Of a stretch of DNA of 64,000 nt, positions 36,648-50,417 are shown one piece after another. Source of the stretch: Dicyema japonicum (Eukaryota; Animalia; Dicyemida); NCBI GenBank assembly GCA_011109175.1, contig RDEW01000041.1, positions 469,288-533,287 on the forward strand, given 5' to 3'. The first letter of the stretch is position 1. The number at the start of each line of letters is the position of its first letter. The position numbers and the translations under genes were made by a program. The notes beneath the pieces are model-generated. The model saw nothing but the letters and a program-made list of their open reading frames with translations. It had not been told where the DNA came from and did no database searches.

Positions 36648-38977
36648 TCATTCGTGACGATTAATGTAATCCTAAAATCATAAAAATAGCAACATTGTAA
36701 TTTATTCTAAACATCTCAGCATAAAAATGGATCTCTTCCATATTGGATTTTAAACAGACATTCTCAATTTTCTGAATAATGTCATGCGGAATCATCATTT
36801 TCATAAATATATTTGCTACTTTAAAAATAAAGATTAACGATAGTCGTAGTTAAATTGGCACATTCCCACATAACCCAAAGCCAAATACGCTCATCCGTGT
36901 TCACATTTAATAAATTTATATTTGACATCAATGACCTTCGAAATAGAAAATTAGACTACCGAGTAAAATAATGGATATTGAAATTTGCTTGATGCGGATT
37001 TTCTTTTATAAATTGGTAAATATTATTTAGAATATATTCTTTTGGACTCAAATCACCGAAATCGAAATTTACAAATGTGGGCAAAATATGATTCGGATCC
37101 CCCAATATAAAAGTCATGCAACTCCGGATAAAATATTGCCCGTCAAAAAAGAGTTGATTTAAGTCAGGATTCCTTTCAATGAAACACCGATTTTACAATA
37201 AATCTTCTATTACTCCACACGTCGCCAGTAAACCTCTTGCTTTTGGATATTTAGCTAGAGTTGCCACAATTTTGATGATTCTAATGGTGATATAATGACC
37301 TGAAAATCCGGCTATCTGAACTCTTTTAAAAGCATTGTGAATTTGAACAATTCCATCCAAATCAACAAACAAATCCACGTTTTTTTCATTTTCGTCTAAA
37401 TAAATATATGTTGAATGCCTAGAAGATATCTCAACACATTGAATAAGCCAGAAGTCGTGCAGTTGCATTTTTCAAGAAATTTAAAGCAATACTAGGATTA
37501 TCTTTTCATTATTTTTAAACTTTGACAAGTCCGGAATAGCCAAGATAAGTCAGAAAGTTTATGGTCATATCTTTCATAATTTCACTTTCGTAGCTGCTCC
37601 AAAAACACATTTTTTTAAGCACGTATGAGAACGAAGGTAACTAAAATTAAAAAATTTCAAACGAAAACTGAAGTCTCCCATGGTTTTACAAACTTTAATA
37701 TGCTTACACAATCAGTAATTTTCTAAAAATTTGAAATTATAGTACATTTTCATCATCAAAAGGTCGGTAACGATTAACCACGTCAAGAAAAGTATCATAA
37801 ATCATGCTAATAATAGAATCAACACATACCAACGATTAAAGTAAGAAATTTCATATTCTTGGGTGATCTCAATAAGAATAGTCCTGGAGTAATAAAATTC
37901 GCTTACATGACATTCTCTGAAATCACAAACTCAGTCGGAAATAACTGGTCGAAAAACTGAACTAATATTTTAAAATACTTTAAAAAATCGACTTAATATT
38001 TTATTTATAAATTTTTTATTCCCATTGCAAATTTCATTAATGACTTTATGTAATTGTTTTTCATCTCCGTAATCTAAGACAGATCTAAGTAAGTTGTTTA
38101 CAAGTGATTCTTTATCATTCTATCATATATCATAAAATTTACCGATTCGTTTATATCCACACTGAAATTTGTAATTAGGTCCAAATTATTTTTTCTCAAT
38201 CCATGTTTGGCCACGTGTCTATGATTATTATAATCGATAACTTTGTTAATTTTTCCATGTCTATATTATAACCCGATAGATCGAGAAATGTTAGATTTTT
38301 GGTTTTCTCGAGAAGAGGAAAACAATTAACCTTAAATGCATCAATATTTGTTTCATCATATTCACTAGTTGCATACCTAAATTCACTGAATTTTATATAA
38401 ATTAATCCACAGGACTCTGGACTGTTTAGGTTAGCGGCAAACTCTTCAAAGTCAATAATTTGAACGTTCATAAGGTATATATGCTCAAGTTTATCCATTA
38501 TTTTAATTGTGCTGTTTTTAAAAATTATTTTATCAATTTCTAAATCGCCAAGCTCAAGGGATTTGATTTTGTTAAATCCAGTCATAAATAGGGAATGTAG
38601 CAAATCTGGGTCATCATATTCTTTAAGTGAGAATGATTGGACGTTATTGGGTGAGAATGGTAGTAAAGGATTATTTTTTGAAATTATTTTACATAATTTA
38701 ATATTCGATAAATTTGGATAAACTTGAATCATCTTGACAATATCTTCAACATCAATTCGCTTACAAAATTCAACGCAGAAAACATTTTTGTACTACATCT
38801 GAAATCTTATGTAATTTGAATTTCATTTCCAAATGGATCTCTCGCATATCTCAGTTGTTTCAGTAATCTTTTAAAAATCATTTTTCTAGTTTTTTCGTTT
38901 AATTCTTGATATTTTTTCTCATTAAAGTCTATTCGAATTTGATTAAGGCAATGCGCATATAATGAGGGTATTTCCAG
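36648..38977 (-). pseudogene. ZYG11/ZER1-like paralog A, copy 3 (start ATG changed to CTG, small deletion near 38820)
   Basis: Colinear with A2 and keeps the 3' exons to DYINRHE*. Introns are 22-24 nt plus one of about 29 nt. Confidence 0.78.
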
Positions 38978-39939
38978 TTACTAACAAAATGATGAATTTA
39001 TAATTATGTTAATTTTCAAAAAAATATTAATTTTACTTAAAAAATAAATTTATTTATTAGAATAATTAATAATTATTGAATTTTATAACAATATAGTATC
39101 CTTGGTCAAATGTGATCTTCCAATACTCGGCGTTGTGTGAGTAATGCTTCTGATGTGGATGTCTGCTTAATTCTGTATTTTTTGATTTTGCTGTTGAATA
39201 ATTTTAAATCAGTTTGTAAAGAATTTAATTCCAACAGGTAATTCTTTTTTCAATGAGAGATGGTACTTATAAGGGTGTTCATGTTGCACTAGGACCTAGT
39301 GACTAGGTGCTAGTGGATTTTTACGATCTGTTACTTCGTGGAATAATAGTTTTGAACATGGATAGTTTTAGACATGAAATATTAGGTATAGATTTTAAAT
39401 AAATAAATTAGTAGTTTTATTAAATCACATCGAAAATTCATCGTAAAAAAAGTATATTATTTTTTATGTAAAATAAAATTAGTGTGATGAAGGCTTTAAG
39501 GCTGATATATTAGTACGCAGTTTAATGTTATGAATCAAAATTACAAGCATACATGTTAGAAGTGGTTTATCCAAAAATATAAACTACTAGGGCATGTTTT
39601 AGGAGTCAGTTTGAGTTTGTGATCAACGGGAAACGTCTCCGGGTTTATAGAGGTTAATATTTTGATTAAATCAAGTTAAAGGACCTCTGTTATTTCAAAT
39701 ATTTACTAATTTTTTGTAATCTTGGGGATTGAAGTTGTTTGTTGATAGAATAGTGTAGATTAAATCCAAGCATTTGATGACATAAGATCCTTCAGGCGAA
39801 CTCCTTCAGCTCAAAGATATGTGAACTATTCGACAATTTTATTTTTATGATTGGCGTGCAAATTAAAGAGATGATAATTTGCTAATTTTGTGACTCCAGT
39901 TTATGCTTTCACGTGTCTTTCAATTATTTAAAGACCAAA

Positions 39940-41990
39940 AATCGCCATAAAATTAAAGAAAATAAAACAAAATCACTAGGTAATTCCGACCATTCTCAAC
40001 AACCATCCCATCTTCGCTTGCAGTTTCTCGTGACATCTTACTGACTCGCACTACGGGCAGAAGTTCACGTGATATGAACCGCACACCATTCTCTTCATGA
40101 AAGATAAGCGACGTGCACCTGAGCAATACAAACGTTAATGCAAGTAATTTGTTCAGAAACTCTTCTTTTTCTTGGAGAGAAGTTACCATCTCATTATCTT
40201 CCAATTACATCAGCTTTCACGAGTAATCAGTTCCACCAGGAGGTTAGACGCACGTCCTTAGTAACACTAATGTATGCCCATATTGTCAATTGAATGTAAA
40301 TCAATAAAATTTAAATAATAAAATTGGGATGATGTTTACTGGTGTAATATTGAGCATCTTTAATTCCCAACAAGGACACAACACTTTTGATACTTCCATA
40401 TTTATTATTTATTTTAAAACCCAAAGACCACCAAAAAAGAAAGAATTAACTCGATAAATTAAGTGATCCCAGCCTCCAACATCTCTCGAATTCTCTTTGA
40501 ATGCTCCGCAGTGAACCAACACCGTTCCTGAAATGTCTTTTATTTCTGCAGAGGAATTCTATCGGAGTGCACTTTTTTAATACCGATTTATATGCATCAT
40601 TAATTATTTAGTTGTAAGAAAAAAATCATTAATTATTTAGATGTAAGTAGACCTCCGATGTAAACGGAGAGAGCAAATGATTTTGTGTCAACCTACCATT
40701 GGCCGAAACCTGAAACAGATGAATCACATGACATTACTCTAATAGAAGACAAGTAGAAAAAAAGAAGAGAAACTTTATCAGAGTATACCTATTAAGGGAC
40801 ATCGAACCAATGTGCTATTTACAGTATGACACCCTAAGCACTAAGCTACCTAAGTAGCTTACAGTTGTAAGGATTCATTTGAGTTTACCGATCATTTTCT
40901 AGAAATTTGTAAATAAGTGTTAAAATAGTTTAATATTTAAGCCACGTAAAATACTCATTGATTTATAATGACGACACGTGGTTCTACTGCTGTGGTGACT
41001 CACAGAGTATATTATAAACGAGGGGAATCAGTTTATCTCTCCAACCTCAGCATTTACTTCGATTGGTGGATATTCTCGTTCTCCTCCTGTCGCTTCTGTT
41101 AGGCTTTGGAACAAAACCTAATTTTTGACTCTTCTCTAACGATCATTCTTTTAGGATACCCGCAGAAATGACTAGAGCTTGGTCTCCTGATTGCAAACCT
41201 CAAGGTGGACATGCTTACACAGGAGTCGAAGCTTTACATATCTGTCTCCATCCTTGTTTCCCGAGATAGTCTGTATTTCGAGAGGACCATGTGAAGGGAT
41301 TTGATGGACTCCTAAAATTATCATGAGAGAGGTTTTATTCATGGTGTCTTTTTATATTCATAATTTATCGGGGCAATGTCGGTGGAATGTGGTGATCTGA
41401 ACTCTTGGCTTCGATCACCATCCACCGACAGTCCTGGCAAGAACTGATCCAATCCAGAATAGTTAAAGGTTATAGTTCTTAATGAGTGTAGATGTTGCGA
41501 TAGTTGAATTGGTTGCATTTCTAAAATTTCCTGAGATTCAAAAAACTAGTTATATCAAACATAGAGTTAATTTTCGAAATAGTATTTTACTGCAGCATGG
41601 CAACTTCCCCATCTAATAATTATAAAGGTACCTTGTTGTCAAAAAATCTGGAGGACATCCAGTATCTCTGAAAGGATGTCTAGATTTATTTTTTACACTC
41701 ATATTTCTTTGATGAATAGTAGAGCATGCATCTTAAAATTAAAAATTTTTAAATTATTTCCGAAGACCAAGGGTAACCAAACTAACTAACTCCTCGATCC
41801 TGAGTCGTTCCAGCATTCTAGAACTTGTCACCAGTTAACGACGTTGTCCCCAAGGAAGAATTGTTGGATCCTCTTAATGCCGGCCAAGCATTTGGCTCCT
41901 CCACAGTAAAGTGATCCAATGACGCCATAAGAAAATAAATAATTTTACCAAACTATCTAGCACCACATGACGCAACGAGATTTTTAGGAT
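39940..41990 (-). pseudogene. Unidentified gene remnant B, copy 2
   Basis: ORF 39953-40204 (EDNEMVTSLQEKEEFLNKLLALT..); a candidate 19-nt intron gtacctttataattattag whose retention gives an in-frame stop in one plausible frame. Confidence 0.35.
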
Positions 41991-42239
41991 TTTTAAAATT
42001 TTTAAATCTTAGATTTGTTATATATTAATTTAGTAGCATTTATAATTCAGAAAATAAATTAATAAATTAAAAATTACATTTTTAATTTTCAGATTAAATT
42101 ATGAATAAACACGAATTACAAGATCATACAATTAAACTATCACAAAAATTTGAACCCATTTTTATAGTTTCTGTATAGTTATTTGCCATCAGTTTTACAT
42201 TTACCTAACTTATTAATTTATAGCATTTTAAGTCAGAAA

Positions 42240-42592
42240 AATGAATACACGTTTATTAAGTGTTGTGGTGTGATCAACAAAAATCTCAGATGGAACATAA
42301 AGAACGAAAAGAAGACAAAGTACGAGGAACAAATCCAGTACGGACAAATCAGGTATGTTTTTTTTATGTGGAAATCGAAGATCAGGAAATATGGGATTAA
42401 CTGCACACAAAGTGAATCATTCGTCCATCTGGGCTGCATAAAAATGAGTAAAGCTTCGCCGAGACGCTGTCGAGTTGGGTGTGCCCCTCTTGTATTGGAA
42501 TGGAAACCCCCAAGCGCGAAAAAATAACTCAGTCAAACTTTACACTGCCACATACAGACCATACTCTTTTGAAGATCTCGAACCTCAGGAAG
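42240..42592 (+). mobile_element. CRE-3 family 5' fragment (PHD), truncated at a tandem-duplication breakpoint
   Basis: Nearly identical to 46010-46365. Confidence 0.8.
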
Positions 42593-42747
42593 CCATTTCC
42601 AAATGGATCTCTCGCATATCTCAGTTGTTTCAGTAATCTTTTAAAAATCATTTTTCTAGTTTTTTCGTTTAATTCTTGATATTTTTTCTCATTAAAGTCT
42701 ATTCGAATTTGATTAAGGCAATGCGCATATAATGAGGGTATTTCCAG
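42593..42747 (-). pseudogene. Paralog A 5' fragment carrying the A3 allele (CTG start)
   Basis: Matches about 38822-38977, including A3-specific variants. Confidence 0.75.
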
Positions 42748-43729
42748 TTACTAACAAAATGATGAATTTATAATTATGTTAATTTTCAAAAAAATATTAA
42801 TTTTACTTAAAAAATAAATTTATTTATTAGAATAATTAATAATTATTGAATTTTATAACAATATAGTATCCTTGGTCAAATGTGATCTTCCAATACTCGG
42901 CTGTGTGAGTCATGCCTCTGATGTGGATGTCTGCTTAATTCTGTATTTTTTTGATTTTGCTGTTGAATAATTTTAAATCAGTTTGTAAAGAATTTAATTC
43001 CAACAGGTAATTCTTTTTTCAATGAGAGATGGTACTTATAAGGGTGTTCATGTTGCCACTACGACCTAGTGACTAGGTGCTAGTGGATTTTTACGATCTG
43101 TTACTTCGTGGAATAATAGTTTTGAACATGGATAGTTTTAGACATGAAATATTAGGTATAGATTTTTAAATAAATAATTTAGTAGTTTTATTAAATCACA
43201 TCGAAAATTCATCGTAAAAAAAGTATATTATTTTTTATGTAAAATAAAATTAGTGTGATGAAGGCTTTAAGGCTGATATATTAGTACGCAGTTTAATGTT
43301 ATGAATCAAAATTACAAGCATACATGTTAGAAGTGGTTTATCCAAGGATATAAACTACTAGGGCATGTTTTAGGAGTCAGTTTGAGTTTGTGATCAACGG
43401 GAAACGTCTCCGGGTTTATAGATGTTAAAATTTTGATTAAATCAGGTTAATGGACCTCTGTTATTTCAAATATTTACAAATTTTTTGTAATCTTTGGGAT
43501 TGAAGTTGTTTGTTGGTAGAATAGTGTAGATTAAATCCAAGCATTCGATGACATAAGATCCTTCAGTCGAACTCCTTCAGCTCAAAGATAAGTGAACTAT
43601 TCGACAATCTTATATTTATAATTGGAGTACAAATTAAGGAGATAATAATTAGTTAATTTTGTGACTCCAGTTTATGCCTTCACGTGTCTTTCAATTATTT
43701 AAAGACCAAAAATCGCCATAAAATTGAAG

Positions 43730-45760
43730 AAAATAAAACAAAATCACTAGGTAAACCCGAACATTCTCAACAACCATCCCATCTTCGATTGCAGTTTCTC
43801 ATGACATCTTACTGACTCGCACTACGGGCAGAGGTTCACGTGATATGAACCGCACACCCATTCTTTTCATGAAAGATAAGCGACGTGCACCTGAGCAATT
43901 CCAACGTTAATGCAAGTAATTTGTTCAGAAACTCTTTTTTTCTTGGAGAGAAGTTACCATCTCATTATCTTCCAAGTACATCAGCTTTCATGAGTAATCA
44001 GTTCCACTAGATGTTAGACGCACGTTATTAGTAACACTAATGTATGCCCATATTGTCAATTGAATGTAAATCAATAAAATTTAAATAATAAAACTGGGAT
44101 GATGTTTACTGGTGTAATATTGAGCATCTTTAATTCTCAACAATGACAGAACACTTTTGATACTTCCATATTTATTATTTATTTTAAAACCCAAAGACCA
44201 ACAAAAAAGAAAGAATTAACTCGATAAATTAAGTGATCCCAGCCTCCAACATCTCTCGAATTCTCTTTGAATGCTCCGCAGTGAACCAACACCGTTCCTG
44301 AAATGTCTTTTATTTCTGCAGAGGAATTCTATCGGAGTGCACTTTTTTAATACCGATTTATATGCATCATTAATTATTTAGTTGTAAGAAAAAAATCATT
44401 AATTATTTAGATGTAAGTAGACCTCCGATGTAAACGGAGAGAGCAAATGATTTTGTGTCAACCTACCATTGGCCGAAACCTGAAACAGATGAATCACATG
44501 ACATTACTCTAATAGAAGACAAGTAGAAAAAAAGAAGAGAAACTTTATCAGAGTATACCTATTAAGGGACATCGAACCAATGTGCTATTTACAGTATGAC
44601 ACCCTAAGCACTAAGCTACCTAAGTAGCTTACAGTTGTAAGGATTCATTTGTGTTTTCCGATCATTTTCTAGAAATTTGTAAATAAGTGTTAAAATAGTT
44701 AAATATTTAAGCCACGTAAAATAATCATTGATTTACCATGACGACACGTGGTTTTCCTGCTGTGGTGACTCTCAGTGTAAATTATACACGAGGGGAATCA
44801 GTTTATCTCTCCAACCTCAGCATTTACTTCGATTAGTGGATATTCTCGTTCTCCCTTTGTTGCTTCTGTTAGGCTTTGGAACAAAACCTCATTTCTGACT
44901 CTTCTCTAACGATCATTCTTTAAGGATACCCGCAGAAATGACTAGAGCTTGGTCTCCTGATTGCAAACCTCAAGGTGGACATGCTTACACAAGAGTCGAA
45001 GCTTTACATATCTGTCCTTATCCTTGTTTCTCGAGATAGTCTGTATTTCGAGAGGACTATGTGAAGGGATTTGATGGACTCCTAAAATTATCATGAGAGA
45101 GCTTTTATTCATGGTGTCTTTTTATATTCATAATTTATCGGGCAATGTCGGTGGAATGTGGTGATTTGAACTCTTGGCTTCGATCACCATCCACCGACAG
45201 TCCTGGCAAGGACTGATCCAATCCAGAATAGTTAAAGGTTATAGTTCTTAATGAGTGTAGATGTTGCGATAGTTGAATTGGTTGCATTTCTAAAATTTCC
45301 TGAGATTCAAAAAACTAGTTATATCAAACATAGATTTAATTTTCGAAATAGTATTTTACTGCAGCATGGCAACTTCCCCATCTAATAATTATAAAGATAC
45401 ATTGTTGCAAAAAATCTGGAGGACATCCAGTATCTCTGAAAGGATGTCTAGATTTATGCTTTGCTTTCAAATTTCTTTGATGAATAGTAGAGCATGCATT
45501 TTAAAATTAAAAATTTTAAAATTATTTCCAAAGACCAAGGGTAACCAAACTAACTAACTCTTCGATCCTGAGTCGTTCCAGCATTCTAGAACTTGTCACC
45601 AGTTAACGACGTTGTCCCCAAGGAAGAATTGTTGGATCCTCTTAATGCCGGCCAATCATTGGGCTCCTCCACAGTAAGGTGATCCAATGACGCCATAAGA
45701 AAATAAATAATTTTACCAAACTATCTAGCACCACATGGCGCAACGAGATTTTTAGGATTT
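43730..45760 (-). pseudogene. Unidentified gene remnant B, copy 3
   Basis: Colinear with copies 1 and 2. Confidence 0.35.
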
Positions 45761-46019
45761 TTAAAATTTTTAAATCTTAGATTTGTTATATATTGATTTA
45801 GTAGCATTTATAAGTCAGAAATAAATTAATTAATTAAAAATTACATTTTTAATTATTCAGATTAAATTATGAACAAACACGAATTATAAGATCATACAAT
45901 TAAACTATCACAAAAATTTTGAACCCATTTTTATAGTTTCTGGTATAGTTATTTGCCATCAGTTTTACATTTACCTAACTTTTTAATTTATAGCATTTTA
46001 AGTCAGAAAAATGAATACA

Positions 46020-47780
46020 CGTTTATTAAGTGTTGTGGTGTGATCAACAAAAATCTCAGATGGAACATAAAGAACGAAAAGAAGACAAAGTACGAGGAAC
46101 AAATCCAGTACGGACAAATCAGGTATGTTTTTTTTATGTGGAAATCGAAGATCAGGAAATATGGGATTAACTGCACACAAAGTGAATCATTCGTCCATCT
46201 GGGCTGCATAAAAATGAGTAAAACTTCGCCGAGACGCTGTCGAGTTGGGTGTGCCCCTCTTGTATTGGAATGGAGGCCCCCAAGCGCGAAAAAATAACTC
46301 AGTCAAACTTTACACTGCCACATACAGACCATACTCTTTTGAAGATCTCGAACCTCAGGAAAGCCATGAAGATCCAGAAAAATCCCTAAAGGAGTACGAA
46401 TTGCCGCAGCAACGTGTCTTTCAGATGCCATTGATCACGCACTATCCTCTGACAGTTAGGAATCCTGGCTAAAACTTATATGCTTTGCACCTGTCGCACT
46501 CGGAATACCTACAAAGGAATCTGAGGACAATAATAAAGAAACAAACTCCCAACTCAACTTATCCGGGAAACTGAAACAAACATAATGAATTTTAGCTGTC
46601 ATAACATACACGCAATACTTGAACATCCACTTAATGTCAATGAGGTCGAAACCAGAGGAGCATTCATCAAAGATGCCCCCAACAAACTGAAGGAGAGAGT
46701 AAACCGGAAACTTCTGGAAGGCGACGTGCTGGCAGCCTTACGAGTTATCACATCCGATGACACAGTATTGTCTTGTACCCCCGAGGGCCTAAATACCTTA
46801 ATACTGAAGCATCCAGATGCACCGACTGACTATGAAAAGTTTTTGAATCCTGAAGGAACCCAGGAGATAATCATTACTGAATTTGAAGTGCGCCACAGAA
46901 TAACTTCCTTCGCCGCTAGCAGCGGTGGAGGCTTGGAAGGGTTACGTCCTGGCTATATTAAGGACCTTACGTCCACTTACACCTCGGAAGCTGGACGATT
47001 TCTTGTCAAATCAATTACGGACCTTGTCATAAAATTGGTTAACGGCGACATCCCAGAATATGCCAGAGAATTGCTCTTTTCCGCAAGGCTACTTGCTTTC
47101 AAAAAACCCAACAGAGGAATCCGTCCCATTGCGGTCGGGAACTATTTTAGAAGACTTGCAGCAAAAGTAGCATTGATCTCTGGTGAGCCGACAATTTGGA
47201 GAGGAGTTCTTTCTTAAACAAATAGGTGTTTGTATCCAGAACGGATGTGAGGCTCCGGTTCATGCAGCAAGATGTTTCTTCACACAAAGAAATATTTCAA
47301 ATGAATGCATTGGAATTAAATTAGACATAGCGAATGCATTTAATTCTCTTAGAAGAGATAAAATTATGGAAACGTGTTGGAAGAGGGCTTTAAAGCTTTT
47401 CCTTTTTGTCAAATTATCCTATGTGGAAGATACGTCTCTGGTTTTTAAAAATGAAATTATTAAATCAAAGTCGAGTGTCCAACAAGGAGATCCGCTCGAA
47501 CCTTTCTTATTTGCCCTGACCATTGATGAGGTTGTGAGATCAATCGATGCTCAGCTAAATCTCTGGTACCTCGATGATGCCACAATAGGAGGATTGTTCA
47601 AGGAAACATACAATTCATTACGTAAAGGGTTACCCGCTTCAAAACATTTTGGCTTGGACATCAATGTTAATAAATCAGAGCAAATAAGTGTCTCATATCC
47701 ATACACCGACTTCCTCTCTATCAAGGAGTCTTTTAACGAACTGCTTCCTGGGATCCCGACTGTGCCAGTTGATAAATTTT
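46020..47780 (+). mobile_element. CRE-3 family element, PHD to RT, 3'-truncated (less decayed copy)
   Basis: ORFs 46585-47217 and 47183-47875: GGLEGLRPG, IRPIAVGNYFRRLAAK, KLDIANAFN, QQGDPL, WYLDD. Confidence 0.88.
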
Positions 47781-47789
47781 CTCATTCAT

Positions 47790-48250
47790 ATTCAAAGAAT
47801 TTTCTCACTCACTCAAAGCATTTTCTCACTCATATTAGAAAGACCTTTTCCAAGGTTATCACGACGAAGATATAACCATTGGTTATTTGAAAGAGATTTA
47901 TTGAATTTGTTTTATAAAGACCAAACTCTCAATTCCTCTGTTAACTTCTGTAGATATTATTTTCAACATTTTTGACTGTTAATCCGACATCAGGACCCTC
48001 TATTAATCCCAGATATTTATATCTTCCAATTCAATCTAACATCCTTGATTCCTTTGATAATAGATCTTAATTATAACCTGTCTTTTCCAAATTCTTTTCA
48101 AAGTAAACAGCTTTAAAATATATTGTTAACGTCTTCGATCATTTTCATTATAACCTCTTCGTTATTCGAAACAATTTCAGATCATCTAAGGACAGATGAT
48201 GGCTAGTCGAAAATGACGAAACTGTTCTATTTCTTGAATGAATTTTCCAG
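47790..48250 (-). mobile_element. R4-like RT fragment
   Basis: Copy of 15090-15560. Confidence 0.62.
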
Positions 48251-50060
48251 ATTTTTTCGAAATTTCAAAAATCAAAAATAACATTATCGGATTAATTAAT
48301 GACGCAAAAAGTTACTAAAGTGAAAGCAACCCAGCCAAAGTCGGCCTACACAACACTTCCCGTCCTCCGGGAACTACAAATGTCTACTCATTCACAGTAG
48401 AGAACAAGACACTGTGCAGAGCTATAGAATTTGAAATAGATAAGAAATGGCTATAATAGAGATAAACTAAGAGCACAAATTGTGAGAACGAAACCCAAAA
48501 ATGGAAACCTGACAAATTCAACCGATTCCACTATGAGATACTAGACACCCTTGTTGTACTGATGTCAGTCATGTCAACTACAAGCGCGGTAAAAATCGCC
48601 AATATATTGCATCTCCACAATGAGTCAAGATCTATGCGGATGAGTCACAGAAGCCCTGGTACCTTCCATCTCGAAATCTACAAAAAATCTGATAAGACAA
48701 CCTTTATGGAGACCGTGAATAATGTTTGTTCATTTGGACTGGACAACTACAAATTCAGATATAAATAACCTCGAGGTCATTAGAAATTGAATGAAGAACC
48801 TACCCTTTGGGTGGAAGACAATGATCACCTGGACTACCTTTAAGAGATAGCCCTATCACTACGAAGGTCTCTCGAATGTTCCGAAGTGGACAGACGTTGC
48901 CAATGGCCAAGGCGTCAATCGGACACAAAGAGGAGGCCACATAGCAAATCCGTGAAACCTTTTAATCGGAAAACATGGTCACTTGAGAATGGATGCGGTA
49001 AGACCCGTGGATTTGTTATGACTACTAAAAAATCGGGCACTTTGCATACCAATGCAAAAAATTGTTTCCGCTGTGCAGGAGAACACGACATCTCTGACAT
49101 CTCGAATGATAATGTGAATTCGTATCCATCAACCGTTTTATAGAGATTAAGGATTTTTTGAAAAAAATGCCATATCTATTTTGGTGAGCGACATAAATTC
49201 AAAAAACGTCAGTTACAGGTGCCACAAGACCAATGGCGACGGACGATACTGAAAATCTTATGCTGAAATCGCATTTAATCGGATGAGCTCAACCGTTTTT
49301 CCATCCATGGTTGAGACATGCTTAGTTTTTTCCTTGTATCACCGCTACTGTACACCGATGTGGAGAGACCAAGAACAATGCGGGATATTGGTAGTGACCA
49401 TATACCACAGGAACTGGTCTTGAATTTAGTACCAGATGTCATTCACACATCAAATGGAAAGACTACAGGAATTACCTCACAAGGAACCTAAAAAAGTGGA
49501 CGGAGGAACCCATTTCAACAAATGAAATCAAAAATACGAACCGCGATCTCACAAACATCATAGGGACATATTTGCAACTATATGCTAAGAAGAAGTCTTG
49601 AATGCAAACCGTAAGAAATGTATCACATTTCACCTATAACCTTGGGACTGATCAAAGAAAAAAAATCGACTGAGAACTAAGTTAAGAAGATGTGTTGACC
49701 GGATGGACCACATGGCGCTACGGATGGGCTCAAATAACCAAAAGAACCATCGTATGCTGGCATTAAGTACGGAGACCTTTCTTTTCATTTACACGAAGAT
49801 AATCCTACCGAGGTTATTATATGGATGCGAGGCTTGGTACCAATTTACGAAGAAAGAAAGGATATTATCACTACTGGCGAAGTCTAAAAGATCAGCCATA
49901 AAGTTAGCCCTGGGCAGAAGACTACGCGACGTCCTGAGTACTGAAAAAGACGGGAGTCTTGCCCCAGTGAAGCTAATTGTGAAAAACTGGATTTGTGGAT
50001 TCCTACGTAAGAACGCACATTAATTATGGAGATGGGGGACGTCAAAAGGACCAGGCCGCA
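48250..50060 (+). mobile_element. RT-deleted APE LINE, copy L4 (additional internal deletion near 49105)
   Basis: Colinear with L2 and L3. Confidence 0.75.
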
Positions 50061-50417
50061 AAGACGTACTATTTAAAACCCCTATATCTAACTCCTAATC
50101 CGGGAAGTTTGTCGAGATTTATTTTTTACGACCAGCCTCGATGGACTTTTAGATCATCTAAGAATTGTGATATTTGAAAGAGTTTGTCAGAACAATTCTG
50201 AATTCTAAATATTGATTGTTTATATCAATGTTAATGAGATTTTAGAAACAAATTGGTGTTTTGTTCACATCAGATAATTGTTAAAAACATTTGGATTTGA
50301 AAAAAGTCAGTCTAGCAGAAATAATAATTAGTCCTAAGTATGAAATTAATTGCCATCAAGTGATGAATACGTATTGTTAATAATTTATTAAAAGGAAGAT
50401 TAGTTAACTTGAAGACT

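Larger units (their letters stand above)
38822..46365. repeat. Direct tandem duplication of about 3.77 kb (38822-42592 and 42593-46365)
   Basis: atggatctctcg occurs at 38833 and 42603 (offset 3770), and the sequence is colinear throughout. Confidence 0.85.
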
